A stretch of DNA of 64,000 bases from an uncultured Actinomycetes bacterium (GTDB lineage Bacteria > Actinomycetota > UBA4738 > HRBIN12). The notes below the pieces were generated by a model that was not told the origin of the DNA, made no database searches, and was given only the letters and a program-made list of their open reading frames with translations. The stretch covers positions 214,675-278,674 of the forward strand of contig CAVZKD010000007.1 in the NCBI GenBank assembly GCA_963775735.1. Reading direction: 5' to 3'. Positions 29,120 to 38,282 of this stretch are shown here, one piece after another (position 1 is the stretch's first letter; each line of letters opens with the position of its first letter). The translations under genes were made by a program, and so were the position numbers.

Positions 29120-30352
29120 CTACCGGTCCACCACGATCGGCGGCGTGTCCTGGTCCTCCATCTCGGGGTCGACATGCCCGGCTTCCCGGAGCGCTTCCGT
29201 CAGGCTCGACATGTGGAGGCGGGTCGTCGTGTCGTCGAGCTCCGTCTCGATCCGCTTCATCTCGCTCGCCATCTGTGAGGCGCGTTCCTCCGCGCCCTCG
29301 AGGCGCTGTCGCAGCTCGCTCATCCCCGCGGGCGCGGTCTGCGAGGATCGCAGGCCAGCTCGCGCCTCCTCGAGCTCCTGCTCACGCAGGTGCAGCCGCT
29401 CGCGCAGCGCCGTGTTCTCCATCTCGATCAGGTTCAGCCGCTCGCTCGACTCGCGGAACTGGTCCCGCAACGCCTCGCAATCCTGTTGGCCGGTGCCCAG
29501 GATCGTGAGCTCCTCCTCGAGCAGGGCGACCTGGGCGAGCGCGTCCTTCAGCTGCGTGCGCACGCCCCGGAGGTCCTGCTCGCTGGCCCGGGCGCGGCTC
29601 TCGGCCGTCCGACGCAGCTCGTCGATCTCGCGGAACCCGGGCTGCTGGTTCAGCGGAGCGTCCGCCGCCACGACCGCCGGCGCCGGGGTTCCGTCCGCCC
29701 CGGACGGGACGGACACGGGCGCGTACACATGGACCGGCAGGTTGGAGGGCTGCGCGGGCTGCGCGAGGCTCGTCACGACGATCATCACGACGGCTCCGAG
29801 CAGGAGCACCCCGCAGATCAACGCGATCGTGGTCCATCCCGCCGCCGCCGCCGATGTGATCGGTGCGAGCGCCTGCGACATCTCCGCGACCGCCACCGTG
29901 CCGTCGGGGGAGATCCAGATCGGGACGAACGTCTGGAGCATGGAGCCGCGCGCGTGCGTCTGCGCCTCGCCGTTCGCGACCTCGAAGGTCAGCTCACGAA
30001 GGTAGGACGGTCGCGTCCCGACGATCGTCGGGTCGTCCGCGTACAGGATCCGTCCGATCGCGGAGAAGATCCGGACCTCGTCGATCCGGCTGACGGACGT
30101 GATCTGCGCGTCGATGAGGGCGGTGAGTTCGTCGGCGCGTTCGTTGAAGATCGGGGTTTCCAGGTCGCGCGGCTCGAGCAACGTGGCGAGCTCCGTCTGT
30201 GCGGTGAGCTTCGCGTCGATCTCCGCCTCGGCGATCGCGGCGTCCTTCGCCTTCGAGGCGCTGTACATCGAGACGGCGATCGCGACGACCAGCAGGAAGG
30301 CAAGGGCCCCCCAGAGGGGTCGGCGATGCCGTCTGGCTAGGGAGCCCACCAT
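29120..30352 (-). CDS. bitopic/2-TM membrane protein: extracytoplasmic sensor-like domain plus cytoplasmic coiled coil
   Basis: TM1 LWGALAFLLVVAIAVSMY, a segment of ~130 aa, TM2 WTTIALICGVLLLGAVVMIVV, then a heptad-rich E/R/L/A C-terminal half. Divergent from nurA. Confidence 0.7.
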   Translation of the reverse strand: MVGSLARRHRRPLWGALAFLLVVAIAVSMYSASKAKDAAIAEAEIDAKLTAQTELATLLEPRDLETPIFNERADELTALIDAQITSVSRIDEVRIFSAIGRILYADDPTIVGTRPSYLRELTFEVANGEAQTHARGSMLQTFVPIWISPDGTVAVAEMSQALAPITSAAAAGWTTIALICGVLLLGAVVMIVVTSLAQPAQPSNLPVHVYAPVSVPSGADGTPAPAVVAADAPLNQQPGFREIDELRRTAESRARASEQDLRGVRTQLKDALAQVALLEEELTILGTGQQDCEALRDQFRESSERLNLIEMENTALRERLHLREQELEEARAGLRSSQTAPAGMSELRQRLEGAEERASQMASEMKRIETELDDTTTRLHMSSLTEALREAGHVDPEMEDQDTPPIVVDR

Positions 30353-30443
30353 CTCGTTCCTCTCTCACGACACCGCGGGCTTGGTGCGTCAGGGGTCGTA
30401 TCGGCAGGTCAGCGGCCTACGTGGAGTCCCCCGAAGGGGTGAT

Positions 30444-30459
30444 TAGTCACGAATGACTA
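30444..30459. promoter_or_regulatory. inverted repeat TAGTCA-N4-TGACTA in the divergent promoter region upstream of nurA
   Basis: Seen at 30444-30459, about 50 nt upstream of the nurA GTG (30508). It is AT-rich against the GC-rich background. No known operator consensus recognised. Confidence 0.3.
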
Positions 30460-30507
30460 CTCGGCCACACGGAGGGGCGTGTCGCCGGACCCAGGGAGGA
30501 AGGCGGC

Positions 30508-31611
30508 GTGCCTCCTGGCCCTGTCCGAAGCCTCCGCTACGCTTCGGCCGTGCTCGGAAGCGCGAACCCAGGCGTGCTCAACCTCGACATCGTCGAGCGT
30601 GGGCAGCTCGACGAGGCCGCGTCCTTCGTCGTAGACCTGCTCGAGCGCCCGGGCTCGGACATCCGGGTGATGGAGGGCCAGGCGTCCCTCGACGAGGCGC
30701 TCGTGGTCCAGGGCCACCCCGACGCGTTCGAGCTGACCCCGGTGGAGCCCGCCGATCCCGGCCGGGTCTGGGCGGTCGACGGCGGGTCGTGCGTGGTCGC
30801 CGACGGTCGTTCGTTCCAGGTGGCGGCGTACCGGGCCGCGCGCGTGCGGTTCGAGGCCGGCGTCACCGAACGGGTGGAGACGCCGCCGCTCTCGGTCCGC
30901 GCGCTCCCCCCCGAGGAGATGGCCGAGCTCGCTCGCTCCGTCCTGCGCGAGCTGTGCGGCACGGAGCCCGAGCGGTTGCCCGAGATGCCACGGCCCGTCG
31001 ACGCGCTCCGGGAGTGGGGCGAGTGGGCCGAGGTCGCTCGGACGGTCCGTGACGCCGCCCCGGGCGATCTGGTCCTGGTGGACGGTTCGCTCCACGGCGG
31101 GCCGCTCGTTCCCGCCCTGGTGGTTCGGCGCGTCCACGCGGAGGCCGTCGAACGCGGCGTGTCGCTCGCCGGTGTCGTGAAGGCCTCCACGCTCTACTGG
31201 GGTCGCAACGCGCCGCTCGTCACGTTGCTGAAACGCCGGGGCGACCGCGAACGGGGTGCGACGGCATGGAGTGCCCGGATCTCGACCGATCCGGTGTTCG
31301 CGCGGCTGTACGTCGGGGACATCTTCGTCGCGCACCTGGCGCCGACCGCTCCGTTCGCGTTCCGCGTCGACGTCGCGCACGGGCCCGCCCCGGCGAGCGA
31401 GGTGCTCGGTCGCCTCGCCGGGCTCGCCGACGATCCCGCGTTCGTCGGGTACCCGTACCCCCTCGCGCGGGCCCACCAGGCGGCGAGGGTCACCGGCTAC
31501 GACGTGGTGGACGTTCGCCGCTCCTTCCGCGAGGCGCTCTCTCGGCGGGGCATGTCGGAAGACGACATCGAGGTGCTGTTCCAGGACTTCCACGAGGTCC
31601 TGAACCGGTGA
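30508..31611 (+). CDS. nurA: NurA-family 5'-3' nuclease
   Basis: GTG 30508 with GGGAGGAAGG upstream. Motifs VWAVDGGS, LVLVDGSLHGG and GYPYPLARAHQ match the NurA catalytic D/D/H blocks. Confidence 0.8.
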   Translation: MPPGPVRSLRYASAVLGSANPGVLNLDIVERGQLDEAASFVVDLLERPGSDIRVMEGQASLDEALVVQGHPDAFELTPVEPADPGRVWAVDGGSCVVADGRSFQVAAYRAARVRFEAGVTERVETPPLSVRALPPEEMAELARSVLRELCGTEPERLPEMPRPVDALREWGEWAEVARTVRDAAPGDLVLVDGSLHGGPLVPALVVRRVHAEAVERGVSLAGVVKASTLYWGRNAPLVTLLKRRGDRERGATAWSARISTDPVFARLYVGDIFVAHLAPTAPFAFRVDVAHGPAPASEVLGRLAGLADDPAFVGYPYPLARAHQAARVTGYDVVDVRRSFREALSRRGMSEDDIEVLFQDFHEVLNR

Positions 31612-33173
31612 GCGCGTACAAGGGCCGGATCTTCGGCCGCAGCGTCCTGGAGGCGACCTTCCGCTCCTTCTACGGGACGGACCTGTTCCTCGGTGAGCTG
31701 CTGGTCGGCGAGGACGCCGAACGCGCGCGACGGTTCCTGTTCCGCGTGATCCAGGTGGCGTACGGTTCCGAGTCCTCCGATCCGGGATGGCCCGAGCGCA
31801 CGGCCGGCGCGTACATGGCCGGCGACGCCGCCGGCTCTCCGTACACGCTGCACGACCCGGAGCAGCGCCTCTACAAGGTGGCGACGTGCCAGCCGCTGGG
31901 CTACATCGACGCGGCGGGAGAGTTCCGCAAGCCGAAGTCGCTGCCCGCGCAGTTCGCCCGGGTCACGGCGCCGACGCCGCAGGACTTCGCCTTCCTCCAC
32001 GAACGGATGGGCGACCTGCGGATCGGACTGCTCCGCTCGGGCGAAGATACGATCGATCTCGAGGTCGGCATCAAGGGCGAGACGCTCACGTCGCACGTCG
32101 GGGTCTTCGCCACGACCGGGATGGGCAAGTCGAACCTCATGAAGGTGCTCGCCGGCCAGATCCTTTCCTCCCAGGGCCGGTACGCGTGCCTGTTGTTCGA
32201 CCCGCACGGCGAGTATCTCGAAGGTGGGAGCGGGACCCGCCGCGGTCTGCGCGAACACCCATGGGCCGCCGACCGCCTGCGCGTCTACGCGACCCGAGCC
32301 GCCGGCGCCGGGGCCACCGCGCTGCGCCTCTCGCTCGGCGAGCTCACGCTGGGCGACCTGCAAACGGCGTACGTGTGGAGCCACCCGCAGGAAGAGGCGA
32401 TCTACCGCTTGATCCGCTTCTTCCACGAGGAGTGGATCGTTCGTGTGGGCGAGGAACAGGACGTGAGCGACCTCGCCGAGCAGCTGGGCGTCGCGACGAG
32501 CACCCTCCAGGTGATCCAGCGTCGCGCACAGCGGATCTTGGACATGCCGTGCATCTCACGCGATCCCTCCCAGCCGTCGCTGTCCGAGCGCATCGTCGAC
32601 GAGTTGATGGACGGCTACTCGGTGCTCGTCGACACGAGCGGTCTCTCGTCCATGGAGGAGATCCTCGTCGCGTCGGTCATCACCCGGCGCGTGCTCGACG
32701 CGTATGGCTCGGTCTTCCTGGACGACCGCGAGCGGTTCGCCGCCCTGCCACCGACGCTGATCGCGCTGGAGGAGGCCCAACGGGTGCTCTCGCGCGCGAC
32801 GCGCTCTGACGAGAACGTCTTCCCCCGGGTGGCGCGGGAGGGGCGCAAGTTCAAGGTGGGGCTGTGCGCCGTCAGCCAGCAGCCGAAGTTGATCGACGAC
32901 GAGCTGCTGTCGCAGTTCAACACGTTCTTCATCCTCGGGCTCGCCGACGAGAAGGACCGCACGATCCTGCGCGGGAGCTCGAAGCAGGACATCTCCGACC
33001 TCGGCCCCGAGATCCAGACCCTCATGCCGGGCGAGGCGATCGTGACGAATCTGGATTCGCCGTTCGCCCTGCCGGCGATGGTCTATCTGTACGAGGAGTA
33101 TCTGAAGTCGGTGCAGGGTCCCTCGCCGTTGCCGCCGCGGCCGGCGGGCGGAGCGCAGGGGTTCGCGGAGTGA
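31608..33173 (+). CDS. herA: HerA-type (DUF87) hexameric ATPase/translocase
   Basis: GTG 31608 overlaps the nurA stop (GTGA). Walker A GVFATTGMGKSN, FDPHGEY and LIALEEAQRVL (HerA/FtsK-like Walker B region). Confidence 0.85.
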   Translation: MSAYKGRIFGRSVLEATFRSFYGTDLFLGELLVGEDAERARRFLFRVIQVAYGSESSDPGWPERTAGAYMAGDAAGSPYTLHDPEQRLYKVATCQPLGYIDAAGEFRKPKSLPAQFARVTAPTPQDFAFLHERMGDLRIGLLRSGEDTIDLEVGIKGETLTSHVGVFATTGMGKSNLMKVLAGQILSSQGRYACLLFDPHGEYLEGGSGTRRGLREHPWAADRLRVYATRAAGAGATALRLSLGELTLGDLQTAYVWSHPQEEAIYRLIRFFHEEWIVRVGEEQDVSDLAEQLGVATSTLQVIQRRAQRILDMPCISRDPSQPSLSERIVDELMDGYSVLVDTSGLSSMEEILVASVITRRVLDAYGSVFLDDRERFAALPPTLIALEEAQRVLSRATRSDENVFPRVAREGRKFKVGLCAVSQQPKLIDDELLSQFNTFFILGLADEKDRTILRGSSKQDISDLGPEIQTLMPGEAIVTNLDSPFALPAMVYLYEEYLKSVQGPSPLPPRPAGGAQGFAE

Positions 33174-33195
33174 CGCGAGGCACGCGCACGCGCCG

Positions 33196-34326
33196 ATGAG
33201 CAAGCTCGTCGCGCTCGGGGACGCGCACCTCGGGCGAACGCACCTCGCGCACCTGCGTGACGACGAGGGCCGGAACCTCCGAGAGGAGGACTTCCTCCGG
33301 TCGTTCGCCTGGGCGGTGGACGAGACGATCCGGCAGGAACCCGACGGCTTCCTGTGGCTCGGGGATATCTTCGATCACGCGAGGCCGACCTACCGGACCT
33401 TCGCGCACGTGCTCGGCGGGCTCCAACGTCTCACCGACGCCGGCCTGCGAGGCGCCGCGATCAGCGGGAACCACGACACGCCCCGCGTCCGCGGGACCGG
33501 CTCGCCGTACGACGCGCTGGAGCGCGTGTTCCCCGGGGTCGCGTTCGCCTGGCGCATGGAGGCGATGGCCACCGAACTGGCCGGGGTCGCGGTTCACGCC
33601 GTTCCGCAGACCCTGTCGGTCGAGGAGCTTCGCGAGCAGCTCGCGGCCGCGGCCGCCGCGGTCCGGCCCGACCTCACGAACCTGTTGCTCGCGCACGTCG
33701 CGCTCACCTCGCTGCCGGCTCGGATCTACCCGGACATCAACGAGCTCGAGGTCGAGGAGGCGGCGTTCCACACGGGGTTCGACCTCGTCGTGCTCGGCCA
33801 CTACCACGCGCAACAGAAGGTCTCGAAGCGCACGTGGTACGCGGGCTCGACCGACACGTTCTCGTACGCGGACACGCCCGAGGCGGCGAAGGGGCTCGTC
33901 GTGATCGACACCGACGCGGGCACGGTCGAGCACGTGGAGAACCCGCACGAACGTCCGCTCGCCACCGTGAGCGTCGCGGCCGCCGGGCTGTCGGCCGGCG
34001 AGCTCGTCGACGCGGTCGAGCGCGCGGCGCGAGGGATCCCCGAACGCGCGATCGTGCGGGTCTACCTGAACGAGGTGGACCCGGCGTCGTTCCGGCAGGT
34101 CGCGGTCGAGCAGTTCCACGAGGCCGTCCCGAGCGCGATCTGGGTCCAGGTCGAGCCGGACTTCGGTGCCGAGGCGCTCGCGATCCAGGGCGGTCCCACG
34201 ATCGGTTCGCTCGAGCGGGAGTGGACGTCGTACGTCGAGCTGCAGGATCTCGCGGGGCTCGAACGCGAGCGGGTCGTGTCGATCGGCGCCGGGTTCCTGT
34301 CCGACGCGCGCGGGGAGACCGTTTGA
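33196..34326 (+). CDS. mre11: Mre11/SbcD-family nuclease
   Basis: Calcineurin-like phosphoesterase motifs GDAHLG, GDIFDH, GNHD, LLAHV and LGHYH, all in order. Confidence 0.9.
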   Translation: MSKLVALGDAHLGRTHLAHLRDDEGRNLREEDFLRSFAWAVDETIRQEPDGFLWLGDIFDHARPTYRTFAHVLGGLQRLTDAGLRGAAISGNHDTPRVRGTGSPYDALERVFPGVAFAWRMEAMATELAGVAVHAVPQTLSVEELREQLAAAAAAVRPDLTNLLLAHVALTSLPARIYPDINELEVEEAAFHTGFDLVVLGHYHAQQKVSKRTWYAGSTDTFSYADTPEAAKGLVVIDTDAGTVEHVENPHERPLATVSVAAAGLSAGELVDAVERAARGIPERAIVRVYLNEVDPASFRQVAVEQFHEAVPSAIWVQVEPDFGAEALAIQGGPTIGSLEREWTSYVELQDLAGLERERVVSIGAGFLSDARGETV

Positions 34327-36602
34327 GGGTCCTCGAGCTGTCGCTGCGCAACTACCGAGTGTTCGAGGAGCTCGACCTCGAGCTGCCGGCTCGGGTGATC
34401 GGGATCTTCGGCGAGAACGGCAGCGGCAAGTCCACCCTCGTGGAGTCGATCGCGTTCGCGTGCTACGGGGCCGAGGCCGCGCGGACCAAACGACAGGAGA
34501 TCCGCACCCACGGCGTCCTGGCCGACTGCCTGGTGCGTCTCGTGTTCGAGCACGCCGGACAGCAGTTCGAGGTCCGGCGTGCCATCAAGGGGAGGGGGCA
34601 TGCGCCGGAGGCCGAGCTCTTCGTCGGGGCCCGCCCGTTCGCGTCGGGGACGACCGAGGTGAACGAGGAGGTCGCCAGGATCCTCCACATGGACCTGCGC
34701 GTGTTCCGAGCTTCCGTGTACGCGGAGCAGAAGCAGCTCGACGCGTTCTCGGACCTGCGGCGCGGCGAACGTGTCGAGATGGCGTTGCGCCTGCTCGGCA
34801 TCAAGCCGGTCGACGACGCGCGCACCGCCGCCCGCCGGCAGGCCCGCGCGTCGAAGGAGAACGCCGCGCAGCTCCAGGGCGCGGTGCCGGACCTGGCCGC
34901 GCTCGAGGCGGAACTGAAGGACGCCGGGGAAGCCGCGGCGGAGGCGAAACGCGTCGTGAAGGACGCGCAGGAGGCGCGGAAGGCGACGACGAAGCAGGCC
35001 AAGGCGGCCACGGATGCGTTCCGCCGGATCGACCAGGCGCGAGAACGCATCGAGCGGCTCGGCGCGCTCCTGACCGAGAAGGTCGAGCGCCGTGACGAGC
35101 GGCAGGCCGAGCGCGACGAGCTCGGGGAGCGGCTCGAGCGGCTCGCGGTCGAGCTCGAAGCGCTGCCGGAGCTCGAGGCCAAGCTCGCCGGGCTCGGCGA
35201 CGCGGACGAGCGCCTGCGGCTCGGCATGCGTTTCGTCGAGGGGTCCGACAAGGTCCATGCGGTGGAGTTGCAGCTGACCGCGCTCCCCGAGGTCGACGCC
35301 AAGGCCGCGCTCGACGCGCTCGGGCAGGCGCAGGCGTCGCACGCGCAGTCACAGGCCGCGGCGGCGGGCGCGCAGGCCGAGCTCAGGCAACGTGCCTCGG
35401 CGCTCGAGGAGTCACAGGCGCGACTCGACCGGGCCGCCGAAGCCGACCCGACCCAACCGTGTCCGACGTGCGGCCGGCCGCTCGAGGACTTCGCCGCGTA
35501 CGTGAAGCATTGCAAGACCGAGCTCGCGAGCGCGAAACGGACGGCCGCCGACGCGTCTGCCTCCGTCAAACGCGCCGAGACGGCGCTGGCGAAGGTTGCC
35601 AAGGCGCTCGGCGCGGCGGTGTCGGCAGCCGAAGACGCTCGGCGCGCCGGCGAGCAGCGCACGCGGCTGACGGAACAGCTCGACGCGATGCGCGCCGAGC
35701 TCGCGCCGCTCGCCCAGCCGTTCGAGGGGGCCCCGCCCGACGTCGACGAGCTCCGCGCCGGAGCCGAGCGGGCCCGGGTCCTCGGAGGGCGGATCGCGGA
35801 GCTGGGCGCGCAGCGGGGCTTCGCTGCGCAGCTCCGCACCGACCTGTCCGCTGCCGACGCTCGGATCGCGGTGCTCGAGGACGAGCTTGCGAAGCTGACG
35901 GACGAGGCGAGCGCGATCTCGTTCGATCCGGCCGAACACGCACGCTCGACCGAGGACCTGCAACGCGCGGAGCAGGCGGTGGAGGAGGCCGTCGAGGCCG
36001 AACGCTCGGCGGGCGACGAGCTGCAACGCGCAGAGCTCACGCGGAGCGAGCTCGCCGGGGCGCTCGGACAGGCCAGGGAGATCGCGTCGCGCGTCGATGA
36101 CCTCCGCTCCGACGCCCGGTACGTCGAACGGGTGGCGATGCTCCTGGACGGCTTCCGCGATCATCTCGTCGCGCGCGTCGGTCCCGAGCTCTCCCGGGAG
36201 GCCGAGGCGTTGTTCCGTGAGCTCACGAACCACGAGTACGACGACCTGCGGGTGGACGAGGAGAGCCTCGAGATCCGGATCGCGGACGGCGACGCGTACT
36301 TCCCGATCGACCGGTTCTCCGGTTCGGAAAGCGACCTGGCGAACCTCGCGCTCCGCGTCGCCATCTCCACGCACCTGTCGCGAGTGTCCGGTGCCGACGT
36401 CGGGTTGATGGTGCTCGACGAGGTGCTCGGTTCGCTCGACGAGGAGCGCAAGGACCTGATGGTCCGGGCGCTCGGGATGCTGGCGGGTCGGTTCCACCAG
36501 TTGTTCGTGATCACCCACGCGGAGCGCATCAAGGACCAGTTCCCCGCCTCGATCGTCGTGCAGAAGACCGGACGGCGCCGAAGCACCGCCGTGATGGTCT
36601 AG
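34323..36602 (+). CDS. rad50: Rad50/SbcC-family ATPase with zinc hook
   Basis: TTG 34323 overlaps the mre11 stop (TTGA). Walker A GENGSGKST. Central CPTC zinc hook (35460-35471) within a long coiled coil. Signature SGSESDLANLAL. Walker B LMVLDEVLGSLD. H-loop ITHA. Confidence 0.9.
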   Translation: MRVLELSLRNYRVFEELDLELPARVIGIFGENGSGKSTLVESIAFACYGAEAARTKRQEIRTHGVLADCLVRLVFEHAGQQFEVRRAIKGRGHAPEAELFVGARPFASGTTEVNEEVARILHMDLRVFRASVYAEQKQLDAFSDLRRGERVEMALRLLGIKPVDDARTAARRQARASKENAAQLQGAVPDLAALEAELKDAGEAAAEAKRVVKDAQEARKATTKQAKAATDAFRRIDQARERIERLGALLTEKVERRDERQAERDELGERLERLAVELEALPELEAKLAGLGDADERLRLGMRFVEGSDKVHAVELQLTALPEVDAKAALDALGQAQASHAQSQAAAAGAQAELRQRASALEESQARLDRAAEADPTQPCPTCGRPLEDFAAYVKHCKTELASAKRTAADASASVKRAETALAKVAKALGAAVSAAEDARRAGEQRTRLTEQLDAMRAELAPLAQPFEGAPPDVDELRAGAERARVLGGRIAELGAQRGFAAQLRTDLSAADARIAVLEDELAKLTDEASAISFDPAEHARSTEDLQRAEQAVEEAVEAERSAGDELQRAELTRSELAGALGQAREIASRVDDLRSDARYVERVAMLLDGFRDHLVARVGPELSREAEALFRELTNHEYDDLRVDEESLEIRIADGDAYFPIDRFSGSESDLANLALRVAISTHLSRVSGADVGLMVLDEVLGSLDEERKDLMVRALGMLAGRFHQLFVITHAERIKDQFPASIVVQKTGRRRSTAVMV

Positions 36603-38116
36603 GCGGTCGCTTCGGCGCGATCCGCCGGCTCGGTATCGCCATCCGGCTCCGGCGGCGCCGGGATCGCCGGATCGGAGCCGTCGGCTGCACCCTGCGAGAC
36701 GGTTCCTGCGTCCAGCCCGCCCACGGGCGCCCAGACGCTCGGGAGGAAGACGCGCGCGACCCCGCGGCCCCCCGGCAGCTCCTCCGCCGACGTCCACCCG
36801 CCGTGCAGCTTGGCGAGGAAGGTCGCCGCGGGTCCGACCTCGACACCCGAGGCCGCGCCTCCCTCGACCGCGATCATCACGCCGTCGTCGGTCCGTTCCA
36901 CGCGGAGGACGACGCGATCGCTGCGCGGCGTCCGCGTCATCGCGGAGGACAGGAGGTCGTCCACGAGCCGTTCGAGCCGCGCCGGATCGATCTGGATCGT
37001 CGCGGTCTCGGCGATCACCTCGACCTGGCGCCCGTCCGTCACCGGGAACTCCCGCACGACGCGGCGGATGAGCGTGTCGATCTCGGTGCTGCGCCGCTTG
37101 AGGACGACCTCCCCTCGGGACAGGCGCTCGGCGTCGAGGATGTCGGTGAGGGCGTGCTCCATCCGGCGAGCCTGCGACATGAGCTGTTGGAGCATCCGCC
37201 CCTCATCGGGTGCTCCCTGCGAGGACATCATCCGTGCGAGCCCGAAGATGGCCGAGAGCGAGCGTTTCGCGTCCGTCGACATGGCGTCGACGACCCCCTG
37301 TACGCCGTCGCCGTCCAGGCCCATGTCCCCGGCCGACACCGAGTTCGTCGCGACCTGTTCGAGCTCGCTCTGGAAGCGGGCCAGCGTTTCCTGCGTCTCG
37401 AGGAGCCGGCTGCGGGCCGCCATGGCCTCCTCCGCCGCCTTCCGAGCGACGTCGTCGGCGTGCTCCTGCAGCATGTCCTGTCGCCGGGCGAGCTCCTCCG
37501 CGCGAGCGCGCTCAGATCCGGCTTCCCACTCCGAGCTCTGGAGGTGCTCGATGAGTCGATCCTTCTCCTGCAGCAGCTCCAGGCTCTCGGCTCGGAGGCG
37601 TTCGACGCTCGTTCGCGCGCTCTCGGACTCGACGCGAAGCCCATCCGCCTCCGCCCGCTGGAGATCCAGTTCGGCTCGCAGGTTGTCCAGCTCGACGCGG
37701 CCGGCCTCGTGCTCGGCGCGGAGCCGCTCTGCCTCCCCGCGCCCGGCCTCGAACTCGGTGCCGAGTCGTTCCTCCTCGACCCGCCGCGCGTCGAGTTCGG
37801 CGCGGAGCCGCTCCACCTCCCCGCGTCCGGCCTCGAGCTCGGTCCGGAGCCGCTCCACTTCACCGCGCCCGGTCTCGAACTCGGCGCCCAGTCGCTCTTC
37901 CTCGACCCGACGCGCGTCGAGTTCGGCGCGGAGCCGTTCCACCTCGACCCGCCCGCTCTCGAGCTCGGCGGCGAGTCGCGCCTCCTCCAACCCTCGCGCT
38001 TCGAGCTCGGCCGCGAGTCGCGCTTCCTCCACACTCCTCGACTCGAGCTCGGCGGCGAGCCGCGCTTCCTCCAACCCTCGTGCGTCGAGCTCGGCAGCGA
38101 GTCGCGCCTCCTCCAC
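36599..38116 (-). CDS. coiled-coil protein with C-terminal histidine-kinase-like domain lacking the phospho-acceptor His (probably the C-terminal part of the 38283..41469 gene)
   Basis: Repeat-built coil, then TDAKRSLSAIFGLARMM (H-box position is Asp), then LVDDLLSSAM ... DGVMIAVEGG ... FLAKLHGGWTS (degenerate HATPase_c). The reading frame stays open upstream to at least 38340 with coil-like sequence but no start codon. Confidence 0.7.
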   Translation of the reverse strand: MEEARLAAELDARGLEEARLAAELESRSVEEARLAAELEARGLEEARLAAELESGRVEVERLRAELDARRVEEERLGAEFETGRGEVERLRTELEAGRGEVERLRAELDARRVEEERLGTEFEAGRGEAERLRAEHEAGRVELDNLRAELDLQRAEADGLRVESESARTSVERLRAESLELLQEKDRLIEHLQSSEWEAGSERARAEELARRQDMLQEHADDVARKAAEEAMAARSRLLETQETLARFQSELEQVATNSVSAGDMGLDGDGVQGVVDAMSTDAKRSLSAIFGLARMMSSQGAPDEGRMLQQLMSQARRMEHALTDILDAERLSRGEVVLKRRSTEIDTLIRRVVREFPVTDGRQVEVIAETATIQIDPARLERLVDDLLSSAMTRTPRSDRVVLRVERTDDGVMIAVEGGAASGVEVGPAATFLAKLHGGWTSAEELPGGRGVARVFLPSVWAPVGGLDAGTVSQGAADGSDPAIPAPPEPDGDTEPADRAEATA

Positions 38117-38167
38117 CTTCCTCGACTCGAGCTCGGCGCGCAGTCTCTTGTCCTCGCGTCGACGTGC
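37700..38167. repeat. nested in-frame tandem repeats (42/84-bp units 37958-38125; 126-bp units from ~37745)
   Basis: 42-bp units start at 37958, 38000, 38042 and 38084 and encode (V/L)EEARLAAELE(A/S)R(G/S). 126-bp copies at 37745 and 37871 encode GR.EVERLRAELDARRVEEERLG.EFE.GRGE.ERLR. Confidence 0.75.
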
Positions 38168-38282
38168 CTCGGCCTCCTCGGCCGTGGTTCGCAGCTCCGC
38201 TGCGAGTGTGCGCTGATCGGCCTCGGTCCTTCCGGCCAGGGCACGGGTGTTCTCGAGGTCGTCCTTCGTCCGCTCGAGTTCG

